This document shows positions 23,065 to 35,500 of a stretch of 64,000 nt of DNA, piece by piece. The notes under the pieces are model-generated. The model was not told the origin of the DNA and did not search any database. It worked only from the letters and a program-made list of their open reading frames with translations. The position numbers and the translations under genes were made by a program. Position 1 is the stretch's first letter. Every line of letters starts with the position of its first letter. The DNA is from Diplonema japonicum (taxonomy: Eukaryota; Protista; Euglenozoa: Diplonemea): assembly GCA_964019335.1 (NCBI GenBank), contig OZ025731.1, positions 310,001 through 374,000 of the forward strand, in the 5' to 3' direction.

Positions 23065-24702
23065 ATGAGCTTCACGGCATTGACGCCAGCGGCGAAGACG
23101 CCGCTCGGCAAGCGAAAGGTCAACGAGCTTGTGACGGAGCCAAGCAAACGCCACCAACCGAGTTTCGACAGCATGTGGAGAAACAGCTGCATGGACGTGA
23201 CAAAAGAAGACGGGTGGATGTCCCTGTACACCGTCCCAGCGAAAGGCACCCGAAGCATCCAAGAGTTTGAAGAACTCACACTACGACGGATAGAGATGCT
23301 GACGGTTCTGCACCAAGAGGAAGGCTTGGAGAGGCTCTCGTACATGGATATTCTGAAGGAGATCACCGCCGCAAGCAAAGGGGAAAAAGCAACACACTGC
23401 AAAGGCGTCTTCGAATGGGTCTCCCCAGTTACCTTAGAAAGCACACTAATGACAGCCGAGTTCGGAATAAGATACGAAAAGAGAGTTTCGTACGATGAAA
23501 TAAAAACCGCCAAACGGACCAACACCTCTGGACTGTACTCAGCCAACGACGACGATGAAGGATTCCAAGCATACGAACGAGCATGGAGAGGCGAGAAGGT
23601 ATCCACTATCACCGATCTCTTCAACTCGGCGTATGAAGACGATTCCATTGCACACTGGGCATGCAGGTTAGCCTTCTGCGGCGAAGAAAAATGGAGAAAT
23701 TGGTTCTTAAAATACGAGGAAACACTTTTCAAGGGACGGGTCATGGGTCTATCGGTCTCTGACCAACAAACCCTTCTTAAACGCCACACCGGGCTCACGG
23801 AGACCTTGTGGACCTCGCTTTCGGAGGAACAGATAGAAACTCTCGCACTTATGGAGACCAAGTTCGACCGAACCGCTCGGAAGCAAACCGCAGCAGAGGT
23901 TCTCCGAAGCAAGAACAGGCGATACTATCTCGTGGATTTCACATCTGTCCCTTCATTGGTCAAGGACCGCAAGGTAGTTGTCTTCAAGGGTAAGGCGTTC
24001 ATCACGCACGAGCAGGCGATGGCAAAGCTCGTCGAGGCGTTCAGGGAATCCGTTACAAAAGGTCTACAGGACGCACTGCGTGCCCGACCGGACATCGCAG
24101 AACGGGAAAAGGACAGGGTATCAGCATTTTTGAACAAAGCAGTTTTGGAAAGTATGAATGTGGTCGACCGGAGCAGAGCGAAACAGGGGCCAGAAGCTGT
24201 TCTGGATATTGAGGATATTGGAGACCATTCGGCAATGCACTTTCCCCTTTGCATGCGGAGCATGGACAAACACCTCAGAGCTACAAGAAATCTAAAGTAC
24301 GAAGGGCGTTTTCAATATGGTGTGTTCCTGAAGCAAGCCGGGCTGTCTCTGGATCAAGCGATGAAATTTTTCAGCCAAACCATGACCTTACGAGTCACAA
24401 CTGCAAAGTTCCCAAAATCTGAGTACGGCTACGGTGTCCGGTCTTTATATGGTCGCGAAGGTAAGAAGACCGATTATACCGCGCATAGCTGTCACACATT
24501 GATTGTAAGCAAGGCACCCGGACCCGGTGCCTGTCATGGTTGCCCTTTCCGTCACACCCACGAGAGCAAGCTGAGGCCGATGCTTATGGAACCCCGATCC
24601 TTCCCTACTGTGAAGGGGAAGGAGAAGATCGTGCAGTTAAACAGCACTATTCAGCTTAAAGAAGCTCAGGTTCAAGATGTTATGAAAAGTATGGAATCGG
24701 GG

Positions 24703-24733
<31 letters not shown>

Positions 24734-24970
24734 TTAGAAGTATCAACGGGGCATATATCTGCTGCGTGCAGGAGTTACTTCAATGCCACACATCCTGGGT
24801 ATGTTTTTTTTTTTCCTTTTTTTTTTTTGTTTCAAAATAAAAATAAAAATAAAAATTAAAAAAAAAGGCACCCCGAAAATCATTCCTTTAGCAACCCTTT
24901 GGCATACTATCAGTCGTCCTTGGAGTATGCCAAGGAGAGGGCAGAAGAACAGACGAAAAGTAACGCTTAG
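23065..24970 (+). CDS. PRIM2: DNA primase large subunit, 3 exons
   Basis: HWACRLAFC, HFPLCM, GRFQYGVFLK, YGREGKKTDY..SC, CHGCPFRH; splicing 24689-24737 and 24799-24867 restores HISAACRSYFNATH and NPLAYYQSS. Confidence 0.93.
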
Positions 24971-25186
24971 ATTTTTTTTTAAACCTCCCCCCTATCCCCC
25001 CACCTCGTTGATATTTTTGTTCATTTTTCTCTTTCTTATTGTTTTGTCCTGTTTTTTTTTTTTTTTTCCCCTTTTTTTTTTTTCTCCCTCTCAATATATT
25101 TTTTTTTTTTTTTATTATTATCCCAAAAGAAAATCCAAAAAATATGTGTACAGATTTCTTTTTCTTTCTTTTTTTTTTTGTTTGTG

Positions 25187-25217
<31 letters not shown>

Positions 25218-25280
25218 TTATTATTTTCGTGTGTCTGCAAAAAAATAAAAAAAAAAAAAGGGGTGCGAACGGAAAGAACT

Positions 25281-25976
25281 ATGTCGGCAGTGGTAGATCT
25301 CACCGCACCGGGGAGGGCGGCAGCAACACATTTCGACACCGCTAAGCGGCCGAAGATAGGGTGGACACAAACAGAGGACAACATAGCAGTTATAGTACGC
25401 ATCCCAGGGGCGAAGGAGATCAGCGTATCCGTGAAGAGCAAGAGCATCAGCGTGCAGCTCACGGGAGAAGACGGCGTTCGGTACAAGGCCGTCATGGCCT
25501 TAACAGGAAGGGTGGAGGTGAAAGACGGGTCTTGGAGCTCGACCGTCAGAAGATTGAGTCTAAAAGTACAGGTCACAAAGGAAGCCGGATCAAAAGAAGA
25601 ATGGGAAAAGCTAGTCGACCTGCCTGCAAAGGACACGAAAAACTGGCTAGAATACGATTGGGACGCGCACAACGAGATAGAAGTTGACGATGTTGAACCT
25701 GATGAAAAAGAAGAGCCAGATGTGGAACCGCGAAAGAAGCGTCGGCCTGACGAATCTGACAAACCCAAGCCGGTTGAAACCAAAGAGGAGAAGCAGACCC
25801 GTTGGGTTGCGAAGCAAAAGCAGCTCCAAAAAGAAGCCGTGGAGCTCGCCAAACAACGCCCGGTAAAAGCCGCGCCTCTGCAGTTCACCTGCAGCCAGCT
25901 GCTTTCCTTGATGTCGTTTGTAGCGGTCTTCACCGCAATTTTCACGCACTTTGCAACAAGATACTTCATAGCCTGA
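25281..25976 (+). CDS. CS (p23/HSP20-like) domain protein with C-terminal TM
   Basis: WTQTEDNIAV.VRIP, K...WEKL..NWLEYDWD; hydrophobic C-terminus. Confidence 0.8.
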   Translation: MSAVVDLTAPGRAAATHFDTAKRPKIGWTQTEDNIAVIVRIPGAKEISVSVKSKSISVQLTGEDGVRYKAVMALTGRVEVKDGSWSSTVRRLSLKVQVTKEAGSKEEWEKLVDLPAKDTKNWLEYDWDAHNEIEVDDVEPDEKEEPDVEPRKKRRPDESDKPKPVETKEEKQTRWVAKQKQLQKEAVELAKQRPVKAAPLQFTCSQLLSLMSFVAVFTAIFTHFATRYFIA

Positions 25977-26307
25977 AAAGGGTGTCAGGGTAGGGGGTGT
26001 TTAGTTTTTTGGTGTTGGTTTTTTTTTTTTTTACTAGTTTTTTTTAATAACCCCCCCCCCCTCTTTTTTTTTACACTACATATCTGTAAAAACCTGTTGA
26101 TTGCTCCCCCCCCTCACACTTAACTTGGAAGATATGAAGCGTTTTTTTTTTTTTCTTAATAACACCCCTTCCCCCCCTTTTTTTTATAAAAAGAAAATAC
26201 CCCCTTCCCCTTCACTCTCTCACTCCCCACATATTTTTCCCCCCCCCCCCCTCTTTTTTTAATCCGCTGTTTTAATCAAAAAAAAGGAAACACCCCCCTC
26301 TTAAAAA

Positions 26308-27267
26308 ATGGACATATGGCTGTCAACAGAAGGCAGCGGGGAATCCCTTCTCGCGGACATTCAAGAATACGAGAGCGCGGGGGAGGTGTTGGAAAAAATC
26401 GGGAAAGGAGAGGGTTGGACGATGGTGGTGGAGGGGGAGGAGGTAGACCGGAGTATAGCAATAAGCCGGCTGGGAGTGGTGGGGGGAAGCGAGGTCATTC
26501 TAAGGCCTCAGGAAAGATACGAGATCATGCACGCAAGGAAGTTAGTGCAAAGCGGCGAAAGGTTGAAACAACTCGGAAAATTGTCCAGATCAACGGACAT
26601 CGTGGAATGCTGCTCGACACAGGACTTCATCATGGTCCGACAAATGTTTAAGTCCGAAACAAACACCCAAGAAGAACTCGATTGGGCTGAAACACTGTCT
26701 TCCTTCTCACACCCAAACCTCCTTCACGTTATTGGAACGTACAAATCATCAGGAATCCTGACAGAATACTGTCGAAAAGGTAGCGTTTATGAATTCATCG
26801 CCCACCAGCCTGATTTTAGCTCCGAAGAGTTCGGGGCGGATGTTATCAGGCAACTTCTCTCTGCGACGCTGCATGTTCACGAACAAGGTATTACCAACCT
26901 TGGCATCGATTTGCAAAATATTTTTTTTTCGGAGGACGAGGGTGTTTTCAAGCTAAAATTAAGATTTTCTGCGACGCCGTGTACACCGCCTCCCGAATAC
27001 TACTCTGGTCATAAAACAGGGCCTAGTATCGATATTTGGGCAATTGGGTGTCTTGCACACGAGCTGCACAACAGGGGTAGAACTTGTTGGTATGCAGGTG
27101 GTCCTGGGACCATCTTGTCGCTGAGGCGGGCCGTTGAGGCCGGAGGGGTCTCGATACCTGGTCATTTTTCACCATCCTTGGCTTCTTTTATCGCTTGTTG
27201 TACTGTCAAAGATCCGTCGCTGCGCGCAACCTGTGATCAGTTGCTTGATCACCCTTGGTTGCAGTAG
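26308..27267 (+). CDS. Protein kinase-like (probable pseudokinase) with Ubl-like N-terminus
   Basis: HPNLL, TEYC..GS, PPE, DIWAIGC, R.TCDQLLDHPW present; GxGxxG, VAIK, HRD and DFG degenerate. Confidence 0.8.
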   Translation: MDIWLSTEGSGESLLADIQEYESAGEVLEKIGKGEGWTMVVEGEEVDRSIAISRLGVVGGSEVILRPQERYEIMHARKLVQSGERLKQLGKLSRSTDIVECCSTQDFIMVRQMFKSETNTQEELDWAETLSSFSHPNLLHVIGTYKSSGILTEYCRKGSVYEFIAHQPDFSSEEFGADVIRQLLSATLHVHEQGITNLGIDLQNIFFSEDEGVFKLKLRFSATPCTPPPEYYSGHKTGPSIDIWAIGCLAHELHNRGRTCWYAGGPGTILSLRRAVEAGGVSIPGHFSPSLASFIACCTVKDPSLRATCDQLLDHPWLQ

Positions 27268-27834
27268 GGGGGGGAGAAGGAAATAAAAAAAAAAAAAAAA
27301 AAAAACCTTGAAGCATTCTTTTTTAAAAGAATTAACCTTCGGTTTTTTTTTTTTTTTTTTTTTTTTACATACAAAAAAAAAAAAAAAAAAAAAAAAGAAG
27401 AATAATAAATATATGGGGAACAGCAAAAAAAGTTTTATTTTTTTTTTGTCTTTGTTTTCAAATTTTTCTTTTTTTTTTCAGCTCGGTGAGCGCAAAAGCG
27501 CATACTTTAAAAAAGAATACGGTTTCATTTTTTTTTTTTTTTATATTCTACATCGACAGCTAAAAAAAAAAAAAAAAAAAAGAAAAAAAAAGCAGAGTGT
27601 GTTTCCCTCTCTTTTTTCTTCTTTTTTTTTTCTTTTTTTTTTTTTTTTTTTGGCTGGGTAAACATCTTCTATACTTGCATTTTCCCTCCCTGTCTCGCGT
27701 GCCAATGCCACCTAGTAAATAAAATCCACTCTGAAAAAAATCGGAACAAAGAGAGAGAAAAAGAAAAAGGGAATAAAAGAAAAAGAAGGGAAAACCTCAC
27801 AGCTACTGCTTTCCTCAGGGTAGAGTTTAATGCT

Positions 27835-27984
27835 TTTTTATTTTTATTTTTATTTTTATTTTTATTTTTATTTTTATTTTTATTTTTATTTTTATTTTTA
27901 TTTTTATTTTTATTTTTATTTTTATTTTTATTTTTATTTTTATTTTTATTTTTATTTTTATTTTTATTTTTATTTTTATTTTTA
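27835..27984. repeat. (TTTTTA)25 microsatellite
   Basis: Perfect hexamer tandem array. Confidence 0.95.
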
Positions 27985-28915
27985 TTTCCCCTCTTTCCGC
28001 TCTTTTCTACCCAGAGGAACTAACCTGTTATTGTCGAGAGTTTACCTTCTTTTTTACTTCCATCTCATTAAACAAAAAAAAAAAGAAAAAAAAAGTAATA
28101 ACGATAACTATCCAACACAAGCAAAACACAACGAAAGAAGGAGAAAACAAAGAAGAAGAAGAAGGAGAAATGGAATCCACCATGGCCTCTTTTTTTTTTA
28201 TTTTTATTTTATTTTTCTTTCTCTTCAAGGGGAACAAAAAACTGAAATAGCTGCTGAAGGGCAGCTTTTTGTAGTGAACCCTTTGAGTGAGCGATTTTTT
28301 TTTTTTTTTAATTTTGGCTTTGGGTTGATTTTCATTGTTTTCTTCTTTTTCTCTCTTCATCTTTTTTTTTTTTTTTTTTTCCTGGCTTCAGAGCGCAAGA
28401 CAACCCCCACCCCAACCATATCTAACCAATTTCCTTCTCCTCTCTTCCTCTTTTATTTCCCTTCTATTTTTTTTTTTTTTTTTTTTTGCTTCCATTCACC
28501 CCCACCTTTCTTTCGGTGCCCTTAGTACCATCAGCCATTGCAAAAAAAAAAGGGGGGGAGAAAAAAAACTGTAAAAAAACCTATCTTTTATTTGGTGAAT
28601 CGAAAACATACACCCCTCCCCCCCCTTTTTTTTTACAGTTATCTATGTTCTTAACAATGAAGAAAAAAGAAAAGAAAAACATGAAAGAAAAAAAAAAGAA
28701 GAAAAAAAAAAAAAGCTAGCGGCCGCATAGGCCCTCTTAAAGAATAAGAACAAAAAAAAAAAAAAAAAAAAAGGGTGTACACTGAAAATGGTGGGTTTCC
28801 CCCCTTCCCTTTTTTTTTTTTCTTTTTTCATACCTCCACTTCCCCCCGCTTTCTTATTCAAATATGCAGAACAAGGTGAAGGGTGGATACAAAAAAAAAA
28901 AAAAAAAAAAAAAAA

Positions 28916-29194
28916 ATGTCGGAGGAGCAGAAGGTTCACGTGGTCTGCAGTCTGGTGGATACGGCAAGCCATAAAATAATCTCAGAAGAGCACATGTTTG
29001 TAACTAGTACTCTACAGGCACTTAAGCAAGGGCTGGCTGTCCGAACGAATTTCTGTCGATTGGACTACTTAGATCACGAGGGGGATTGGGTCATGCTGGA
29101 GGAGGAAGAAGAGTGGCTCGTCTGCAGGCAGGTGTGCCCAAGAGAAGTTAGCATACGGGCTCATGTGAACCAGTGTGAGACTTCCTCTTTGTAG
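28916..29194 (+). CDS. Small PB1-domain-like protein
   Basis: LDYLDHEGDWVMLEEEEEW matches the PB1 OPCA motif. Confidence 0.7.
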   Translation: MSEEQKVHVVCSLVDTASHKIISEEHMFVTSTLQALKQGLAVRTNFCRLDYLDHEGDWVMLEEEEEWLVCRQVCPREVSIRAHVNQCETSSL

Positions 29195-29195
29195 A

Positions 29196-29231
<36 letters not shown>

Positions 29232-29321
29232 AAAAACCGCACACCCCACCTTTTTTTTTTTTTTTTTAAAGGATTGTGTGCAAGAAGAAAAATGAAAAGC
29301 CAAGCACGGTGTCTTTTTTCT

Positions 29322-30940
29322 TTAACCCATAACACTCCAAGGCGCAAATATTTGTCGTTTTGAAATCGTTTTTTTCTCTAAGTACTTTTTCGTCCCCACG
29401 ACCCCTGGATCTCCAAGAACGACTATAGTGAGGAGTTATTTTCAACTGCAATTAATGCTGCGCTGCGTCACTTTACCTTGTTATCCACCCACCAAGTGGG
29501 TCCCAAATCCGAGTAGATAGGCTAAAAACGCAAAATAACGGGTGTGCATACTGTGCCCAAATTGTTCCCAAAAAACGCAAAGGTAAAGTCAAAACAGCTA
29601 CGGACGAGGTCTAACCTTCATGGGTAAGGGAGTTGGTACCCATAGAGACCATACAATAGGCCAGTGGGGAGAAAAAAAGCTGTCCCGTGGTACGCAGAAA
29701 CCTGACGACGCAAAATGGTTATTCCTTTCGGTTTTTTTATAAGAAGCTCACAGACGTCATCCAAGAAGAGACAAACAAGCAAAAGGACGCTGAGATTGAT
29801 AAAATTTCGACCCAGGACTCCACCGCTTACTCGGATTGAGCATTGCGATGGGTTTACGGCGTGCCCAGAATCAGCAGTCGTATTGGTCCATAGGACCCAT
29901 GAAAATCCCCCTTTTCAGTAACACGATGCCCAGGAGACGCTACTGGGAAATCAAAAGTAGCCTCCACTTCACTCACACAGAAGAGTCAAACGGTGATGTG
30001 TTGTGAAGATACGAGGGTTTCTGGACAGAATTGGTGACAAGTGGGCAAAAGCAGCAGTGCCAGGAAAATAATTAAGCATTGACGAGACACTCGTACCTTC
30101 ACGGGGCAATTGGGGGGCTGCGGGTCTACTGTCCTTTCAAGCGTAAAAGATATGGCATAAAAATCTACTGCCTAAACTGCGCGAGCACGGGTTATCTTTT
30201 GCGTTTTCACATCCACGCCACCAAAATCGAGGGGCACGCACTTGAAGATTTCAGTGTTGTGGAAAAAGCGGGGCTGGGGTTAACAGAGCCTTTCCGGGGA
30301 AATGACAACACGGTAGTTTGCGATAGCTACTTTTTGACTGTGGGTCTGGCCGAAGCCCTGTGAAAGAACTGTGAGGGGCTTGCATTTCGTTGGGTGTTGC
30401 GGACTCTTCTGGTGGACCCTAGAAGACAATAGTTAACTGCCATGCACTTCAAATAAAATATGGTTCAGGGATGCCAAAGAGATACACAACCCTGTCTGCT
30501 TTTAAAGAGCGCTTTCGAGAGAGCCTAATTGATGGGTCCAGCGTTGCAAAAACACCACTCCCGGCACCCAACTAGTGGTGCACACACCCCCTATACCCCA
30601 GATAACACCAAACGTGACCGCTAGCCACTCAAAGGGGGCACCTCCAGGGCTGCCGTCACCCCAAAAAGGCCTCTTGACGATTTCGAGGCCGATATTCCAC
30701 CCGCAAATAGGCACTTCTCTCGGTCTGAGACATCTGAGGGGTCCTGATGCTGCCTTTTTGTCCCAGGATGCTCAATTTACACCCCCCCCCCCCCCGTGCA
30801 CAACCCATTTTGACATGGTCGTTTTTGAGCACCCTACGGCCATTCAACTCTTCACCCCCTTTGTATTTTTATTAATTTTTGAACTTTTTTTTTAATTTTC
30901 CTGGTCCAAAGAACCCGTTTTACCTGCAAACGGGGGTTAA
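29322..30940 (+). mobile_element. Degenerate piggyBac-like element; boundaries tentative
   Basis: Frameshifted transposase LSIDE..RVYCPFKRKRYGIKIYCL.CASTGY..VCDSYFLT (~30070-30360); TTAA-CCC at 29322 and GGG-TTAA at 30940. Confidence 0.7.
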
Positions 30941-31380
30941 ATGCTGCCATTTCCCCCCTCAAATTATGAAAAGGAGCAAAAAAGGGACCCCTATGTAGAT
31001 AGGCCCCGGAGTGTTATGGGTTAAAAAAAAAAAAAAAAAAAAAAAAAAGACACCCCTGCAAACTCTTTTTTTTATTTTTTTATTTTCCCCCTTCTCTTAT
31101 ATGTTTATTCTTTTTGCTACTTCTTCTTTTTTTTTTTTTTTTTTCCTCCCTTTTATTTACGCAACACCGGTATCGGGGCAAGAGGGGCACCTCCCCCCAC
31201 CTCCCCCACCCAGTACAAGGGCGGCGTTTATGCTATCTTAACAGCAGTATTCTATTTCCTATCCCCCTCCTTTATGTTTCCTGCTAAAACCGTATTTATG
31301 AAGTTGCGTGGAAATGGGCGAAGAAATATTACTGGGGGAGGGGGGGGAACCAATATCTCTTATCACCAGCCTGCCTCCAT

Positions 31381-31414
<34 letters not shown>

Positions 31415-31608
31415 TTTCCCGTCTGTTCTCCCCTTCTTTCCGAGTTACACACTTTTTTTTTTTTTTTTTTTTTCAAATGTTCATTCAACTGTATCCCACA
31501 ATACACGTCAAAATTTTCAAACAGTAAAGGGGAGGGAGGGGAGGGGGGAGAGAGGAAGTTATAACAAAAAAAAAAGAGAAAACGACTATAAAAAAAAGAG
31601 AAAAAAAA

Positions 31609-32888
31609 ATGAGTGAAGGTGTACCTCCGGAAACAACTGTAGCAGAGGTAGAACCACGGGGGGAGGTTCACGATGCAGGACATGACGAGTCGAAAAAATA
31701 TGATTACGGGGTGGCGGTCGAGGGAGAAGCCCCGCCACCACCGCCCCCTCAGCAGCCACAACCACCAGTGCCGGAACAGGAGGGACATGCGCCTGTCCCT
31801 TCCCCTCCCGCACAACCCTCGCCCGCTTACGACTTGAGCCATTATCACCAGTACCAACAGTACTATAACAGTCAATATGGACAGTACACGGCGGCGCAGC
31901 AACAGGCAGGCGAACCTGGGGCAGTGCGGCCACCACCGCCTGCTCAGCAGCCACCGCAACAACAACCACCACAACAAACCGCGCAAATGGATCCTGCCGC
32001 TTATGCAGCTCAGTACGAGCAGTACATGGCAGCTTGGGCATCGTACTACCAGTCTTCTGACCCTGCTGGTGCAGGTGTATATGCTGGATCAGCAGCAGCA
32101 CGGCCATACGCTGGGGAGAGTCTTTATGCAGGCGCGACCGTTAAACGGAAACTTGGTGGCGGTGGTGGCGGCGGTCCATCAGCAGCATCCCTAGCCGACA
32201 GACAACCTGGTGAAGGCAACCCAAACGCCGCCCCGTGTAAATTCTTCGAACGGGGAGAATGCAAATTCGGCAATCGCTGCCACAACCTCCACCAAGGCAG
32301 CGGTGGTTCCAAAGAAATCACCGCTTGCAGGGACTACGTAACATCACGCTGCCCAGCAGGCTGCACTTGCAAAATGCTTCATTATGACGCGGCGACTGGA
32401 CGTTCTGAGTACACCATAGCCAACATAGACAGAATCTCCGCTAGTATCGCGGCTAATGAGTGTCGGTTTTACATTGAAGGGACGTGCCGATTCCAAGAGA
32501 GGTGTTCTTTGACACATAATAGTGAAAAGGCTATGGAGTACCAGCAGGCAAAGGCAGCACTGAAAACGGTTCCGTGCCAAGCTTTTAGAATTGGAAAATG
32601 TAAGTTCACCGACGACCAGTGTGTTTTTGAGCACAGGATCGGGCAAGTATGGATGGGGGAAATTTTTGGGGAAAAAAAAAAAAAAAAATACAGGAATCCC
32701 CCGCCCTCATATCCGCTAACTCAACGCCGAGTTTTGTAGGTGGTGGGAGAAAGGCAGGAGGTGCCCCTTCAGCGCACCCTGCCATCCAAGCTGCCCCCCA
32801 ATATTCCAGTACCGCGCCTTACTCTATGGACCAGCAACCCGAGTTGAGTAATAGGGAAGCTTATCCGAGGGTTACCTCTAATGTTTAG
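31609..32888 (+). CDS. CCCH zinc-finger RNA-binding protein (4 fingers), 2 exons
   Basis: Four C-x7-C-x5/6-C-x3-H motifs; P/Q/Y-rich N-terminus; intron 32647-32693. Confidence 0.88.
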
Positions 32889-33166
32889 TGTCCCGCCCCC
32901 CCCCAAAAAAAATAAAGAAACTTACTTCTTTTTTTTCCCTTTTTTTTTCTCGTAAAGTGTGATCAGAACTGTTTTTTTTTTCTCTTCTTTTTTTCTTTTA
33001 TTTATCCCCCCCCCCTTTCCCTCCCTTCCACCCACACCACCCCCCCCTCCCAATTCGCCCCTTCAAAATCCTTAAGAAAATAAGTGTTGGTTTTTCTCTC
33101 TCTTTTTTTTTATAAATATTTTTTGTTCCACTCCACTACCACCTTCAATCAAGGGTGTGGAGTGTT

Positions 33167-35162
33167 ATGAGTTATGAGCCGACGACGTGTTCTTGCGGAG
33201 GAAGGCACGCGCCGGAGACGTGTCCGCTGAGTCAGCCACAGCAGCGTGTGCAGCACAACCCATATGGGGGCTTCACTCCGGCGTCATCTGCTCCCGCTCC
33301 CACTCCTCAGCCGATGCAGCCTGTGCAGCAGCCTCCCACAGGGGGTGCACCGAACGTGCTGACAATACAACAGCAGCAGCATCAGCAGAACCACAACCAA
33401 GCCAGGGCACAAGCGATGGCGTGGCAGTACCAACAACAGCAGCAGAGACAGATGGCACCGCCCCCGCCCTCAGGATACGGTGGGGGCAATCAGTACAGCG
33501 ACTACGCCTCGCAGTACCCCCCGCTACCGTCGTCGTCCACCGTGCAACACCAGTCCAGTCATCATCCTTATCAGCTTCAGCATCAGATGCCCCACCCCCA
33601 CCCGCAGCAGCATCAACATCAACATCAGCAGAATCAGCAACAGCATCAGCATCAGCACCCACAGCCGCAGCCGCCTCCATCCCGGGCGTCTCCTTACGGC
33701 GGGTACCCTGGGGGGTACACGGCTAGTGACGGTCCTTACCAGCAGTGGCAACAGCAGCCGACGCAGCCAACACAGCCCACCGAGCCCCTTCCCTCCCCAG
33801 CATCTACAACTACTCCATCTCCATCTAGCATCTCAGCCACGCAGGGTGCGGCTAAGCAACCTACAACCCTCGATGCCAGCGCACCTTCGTTCATCCCGAA
33901 GCTGGCAACGGGTAGCAACTCAGCACCGAAGAAGTATATGCCGATCACGTCAGTGACATCGGTTCTGAACAAGGAGCCGCATCAGGGGCTGGTGCCGGAC
34001 TGCCAAAGGCAGCAGGGCACCGTCATCAAGGGGCAGTTGAGCGAGCGGCAGCAGGCAGTGTTGAACAAGGACGAGCACTACGGGGAGATCGTGTCGTACG
34101 ACGGGTCCAAGGGGTTCGTGGAGTGCCCGGCGGTGCGGTCGGTGTTCGACTGCCAGGTTTTGGTGGCTGGCGCGCAGTGCAAGTTCCAAAACCCTGCGCC
34201 AGGCATGCGTGTGGCCTTCGGGCTGTCGAAGAGAAAATGGCCTGTTGCGTCATTAGTATCGCTGGATGAAGGGGGCAGTGCCGTGCAGAAAGGGCAGAAC
34301 CCTTGGGAGATGGATGTTGTCTTCTTCCACGCGCTGTGTTGGGACGGCCTTTGCGCGGCGTACTCCTTCTACAATGCAGCAGGCTCCCACCGCAAGAAGA
34401 TCACCTTCGTCCCCGTCACCTCTAACCACGAAGACGACATCCCCGAGACAGAGGACAAGAACATCGCCATCCTCGACATGGTGTTCCCTCCTGCGAGGAT
34501 GACGGAGATCGTGAACGGTGCTGCGTCCGCCGTCATCATCGACCACCACGTCTCCAGCGAGGACTACCTCACAAAGGGGTCCATACCCCCGCATATGGTC
34601 CGGTTTGATGTTCGTTACAGCGCTGCAGAGCTGTCGTGGGAGTACTGCAAGGTTGCTACACGATTCGCTCCCAAGTGGGTTCAGGTACATTTTTTGGAAA
34701 AAAATAAATAAAAAAAAAAAACTTTCGCACAGGCAACCCACAACAACATCCCCCAATTCCTCTCCCTTGTCGGTGAAGTGGACCTTGGTCGGTTTGGGAC
34801 GGAGTACCCTACCTCGCGGAAATGGGCCATAGGCGTAGAGGTAAAGTTGGGGGAAAAAAAAAAAAAAAAAAAAAAAAACCAGATCTTCTCCCGCCACCCG
34901 GAGTTCGAGGAGTACCCGCCGCTTACCCTGCTGCGGGCAGGTTCCTCCGCCCAGAATACCGCGAAGATGTTGGTCAGACTGAACGCGTTAGTCAATGAGG
35001 TATTTTTTTTTTTTCCTTTTTTCTTTGTTGCTCTCTAATAAATCCCCCCCTGCAGGGCGACACGATCGTGCAAAAAATATTGCAAATCGGAGAAGAGGCC
35101 GAGACAGCCTTGGAGGACCAAGTTGAAGAATGGATGTTGGAGTGCGAAATCAAGAGGTTTGG

Positions 35163-35201
<39 letters not shown>

Positions 35202-35500
35202 GGTTCTCAAAAAAACCCGATATCACCGTTGCTGTTGTAAATCTGCAGCAAGCGGAGACTGCCAAGTCCCCCAGAGGGACTATCCCATACAAGTTCGCGA
35301 GAAATGAACTAGGGCACAGGCTGTCCAGGGTGGAAGGGGTGAGCTTTGGTGTGGTCATTGCAGGTAAAGCAGTGATGTTAAGGTGCGATAACACCGGCGA
35401 CTTTAATGTAAATGATTTAGCTAGCCTTTACGGGGGCGGTGGCCACGCCACTGCGGCTGCCTTTCAACTTGAGTCGGAAGATGATTCACCATTCGTTTAA
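33167..35500 (+). CDS. Q/P-rich + cold-shock-like OB fold + DHH/DHHA1 phosphoesterase, 5 exons
   Basis: H.LCWDG, ILD, IIDHH, FDVRYSAA, GGGGHATAAAF; introns 34685-34732, 34841-34882, 35000-35055, 35157-35202. Confidence 0.82.

Noticed and set aside
23016-23912. 298-aa minus-strand ORF, and similar ones such as 25118-25969
   Set aside because: Antisense shadows of well-supported + strand genes
24689-24867. Apparent frameshifts or readthrough in PRIM2 and other genes
   Set aside because: Fully explained by canonical GT-AG introns; no need for recoding, editing or non-canonical introns
27830-28525. 231-aa ORF with (FY)n repeat
   Set aside because: Translation of the TTTTTA microsatellite and homopolymers; no stop codons by composition alone
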